NCBI GenBank assembly: GCA_963805625.1
Contig: CAWDVE010000017.1
Span: 480,001 to 544,000, forward strand
Source: an uncultured Candidatus Rokubacteria bacterium
GTDB lineage: Bacteria; Methylomirabilota; Methylomirabilia; Rokubacteriales; DASRDR01
Direction: 5' to 3'
DNA: 64,000 nt
Below are positions 62,111 to 64,000 of the stretch, in pieces. The notes under the pieces were generated by a model. It worked only from the letters and a program-made list of their open reading frames with translations, did no database searches and was not told where the DNA came from. Positions within the stretch are counted from its first letter, which is position 1, and each line of letters begins with the position of its first letter. Both the position numbers and the translations under genes were made by a program.

Positions 62111-63904
62111 CTATCGGCGGGACGGGATCTGCCGCAGCACGGCGGACGACGTCGCGCGGCTGTACTCCGCGGCGACGTGCACGTCGATCAGGCAGAGGGC
62201 ACCGCTGCGCACGTGCTCGATGCCTTCCTTGAGCGCTGCCGCCAGGTCCGCCGCGGTCTTGATGGGCCCGATGCCGACGGCACCCTGACCTCGAGCCAGC
62301 GCTGCCAGGTCGATCGGCGGGTCGCCTATCCGCACCCCGATGCCGCGGTTCTCGACCGGGCGCTCGCGCAGGCGGGCGACGCGCTCCTGGTGCAGCTCGT
62401 CGTTCAGGAACGACTGGTTGTTGGCCACGACGACCAGCAGCGGCACGCGATGGTGCACGCCGGTCCAGAGCGCGGTCACGCCCATCAGGTAGTCGCCGTC
62501 GCCCAGGATCGCGACCGGCAGGCGGCCCGTGCCCCGCAGCGCCAGGCCGGCGCCCACCGCCATGCCAGGGCCGGAGCCGAGGCCGCCGCCACCATCGAAG
62601 CCGATGTAGTCGAGCGGGTGCGCGAACCGGCAGTACTCGCCCGGCCACCCGAGCGGAAGCCGGATGTAGCTGGGACTGTGGGCCGCCAGGACGTCGGTGC
62701 AACCCTGCGCCAGCCCCGCCATCGTGATGACGTCGGGTACCCCGTCGGCTACCGGGGATTCCTCACGGAGCGTACCCGGCCCGGGCGCGGGAGGCGCCGC
62801 GGCGGATGTGCACGCGGGGAGGGCCTGCAGCAGCCTCGCCACCACGCGGTCCGGCGGCGCGAGGAGCGACACGTCGGCGGGCGGCAGACCCTGGTGATCC
62901 ATGCTCCAGCCGTTGTGGCAGTACTGGTCCACGGAGCACTGGATGACTTGCCCGGCGGGCAGGGAGCCCGCGCCCGCCAGGCGCAGGGAACCCGCGAGAT
63001 CGATCCAGTCGAGGCTCAGGATGACGTCGGCCTCGCGAATGGCCGGCCAGGCCTCCGCGCTCAGGAACAGGCCCGGCGGGCAGCCGTGGAGGGGATGGGT
63101 GGTGGGAAAGCAGGCCCCGGTCTTGAGGTCGGTGAACACCCGAGCGCCGAGCCGCTCGGCCAGGGCTACGCGACGGTCCCAGTCGTCGAGATGGGTCGAG
63201 ACACGGCCCATCAGGATGACCGGGCGGCGGGCGGCCGCGAGGAGGGACGCGGCGCGCGCGAGCGTCTCGGCCGGGGGATCCGCAGGCTCGGCCGCGCGGA
63301 ACCGCTCGAGCGGCGGCATCTCCACCGGATCGTCGATCGGCTGCTCCTGCAGGGTGGCGTCGAGGCACACGTAGACCGGCCCCGCCGGCGGGGTGGTCGC
63401 GATGATGCGCGCGCGCAGGATCGCCTCCAGGGCGGCGGGGACCGAGCCCGGCAGGTCGTCCCACTTGACGTAGCCGCGGACCATCGAGCCCAGGTCGCGC
63501 GCGGTGTGGATCCAGTCCACCCAGGGGCGTCGCCGCACCGAGTCGATCGGTCCCACCGCACCCAGGACCAGGATCGGCACGCGGTCGCACCAGGCGTTGA
63601 AGATCGCCATCGTCGCATGCGTCAGGCCGACGTTGCTGTGCAGGGCGACTGCCATCGGCCGCCCGGCCACCCGGGCGTAGCCGTGCGCGATGGCGACCGC
63701 GCTCTCCTCGTGTACCGCCAGCAGGAGCTCGGGCCGCGTGTTCCCGAGATAGTTGACGAGGCTGTCGTGCAGCCCGCGGAAGCTGGCGCCCGGCGTCAGC
63801 GCGATGAACTCGATGTCCATCAGACGCAGCAAGCGCACGATCGCGTCGCTCCCCCAGGCTGGCGCGGCGGCCGGCGGCGTTTCGGGGCGTTCGGTGGGCC
63901 TCAT
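62111..63904 (-). CDS. Thiamine-pyrophosphate-dependent enzyme (ALS/decarboxylase-like)
   Basis: PGASFRGLHDS, HEESAVAIAHGY and GDGDYLM...NN TPP motif. Confidence 0.92.
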   Translation of the reverse strand: MRPTERPETPPAAAPAWGSDAIVRLLRLMDIEFIALTPGASFRGLHDSLVNYLGNTRPELLLAVHEESAVAIAHGYARVAGRPMAVALHSNVGLTHATMAIFNAWCDRVPILVLGAVGPIDSVRRRPWVDWIHTARDLGSMVRGYVKWDDLPGSVPAALEAILRARIIATTPPAGPVYVCLDATLQEQPIDDPVEMPPLERFRAAEPADPPAETLARAASLLAAARRPVILMGRVSTHLDDWDRRVALAERLGARVFTDLKTGACFPTTHPLHGCPPGLFLSAEAWPAIREADVILSLDWIDLAGSLRLAGAGSLPAGQVIQCSVDQYCHNGWSMDHQGLPPADVSLLAPPDRVVARLLQALPACTSAAAPPAPGPGTLREESPVADGVPDVITMAGLAQGCTDVLAAHSPSYIRLPLGWPGEYCRFAHPLDYIGFDGGGGLGSGPGMAVGAGLALRGTGRLPVAILGDGDYLMGVTALWTGVHHRVPLLVVVANNQSFLNDELHQERVARLRERPVENRGIGVRIGDPPIDLAALARGQGAVGIGPIKTAADLAAALKEGIEHVRSGALCLIDVHVAAEYSRATSSAVLRQIPSRR

Positions 63905-64000
63905 GGCTCCTCTCCTTCCGGTGTCACCGCCGGTCGGCGTCTGGGGAGGTCGGGTCGGCCGGCGGCCCGGGACCTCGTACGCCAGCTTCCCGTGGCTGAC

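Overview
This is a GC-rich bacterial window. The gene families (zinc-ribbon/TPR cyclase relics, DRRxxERR proteins, many CoA-transferases and amidohydrolases) suggest Ca. Rokubacteria/Methylomirabilota, which is an inference only. It is a heavily rearranged accessory region in which intact modules sit in a matrix of IS scars and abutting gene fragments. Intact modules: (1) a ~14 kb surface-appendage locus at 7.6-21.8 kb (S8 protease with an ABB-ABB Ig-like repeat array and PxKF tail, PilZ protein, NarL-type two-component pair, PilB with a predicted N-terminal TM helix, four minor pilins), bracketed by inverted paralogous 'PxKF gene + DRRxGERR/CPEC gene' pairs; (2) asnB plus an adenylating-like protein; (3) a toxin-antitoxin and unknown-function cluster around a tRNA-fMet 3'-half att scar; (4) CIRCE-controlled groESL; (5) a GrdB/PrdB-like selenoprotein (in-frame TGA plus SECIS) between two CoA-transferases; (6) tctCBA inside a long direct duplication; (7) a TPP enzyme. 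Mobile DNA includes a large serine recombinase and two further co-oriented 3'-end relics of the same family, IS1634, IS110, IS91-like, IS630, IS481, IS21 and integrase-core IS pieces, and a 5'-truncated group II intron. No CRISPR array, rRNA or complete tRNA was seen. All family assignments come from motif recognition by eye, not database searches.
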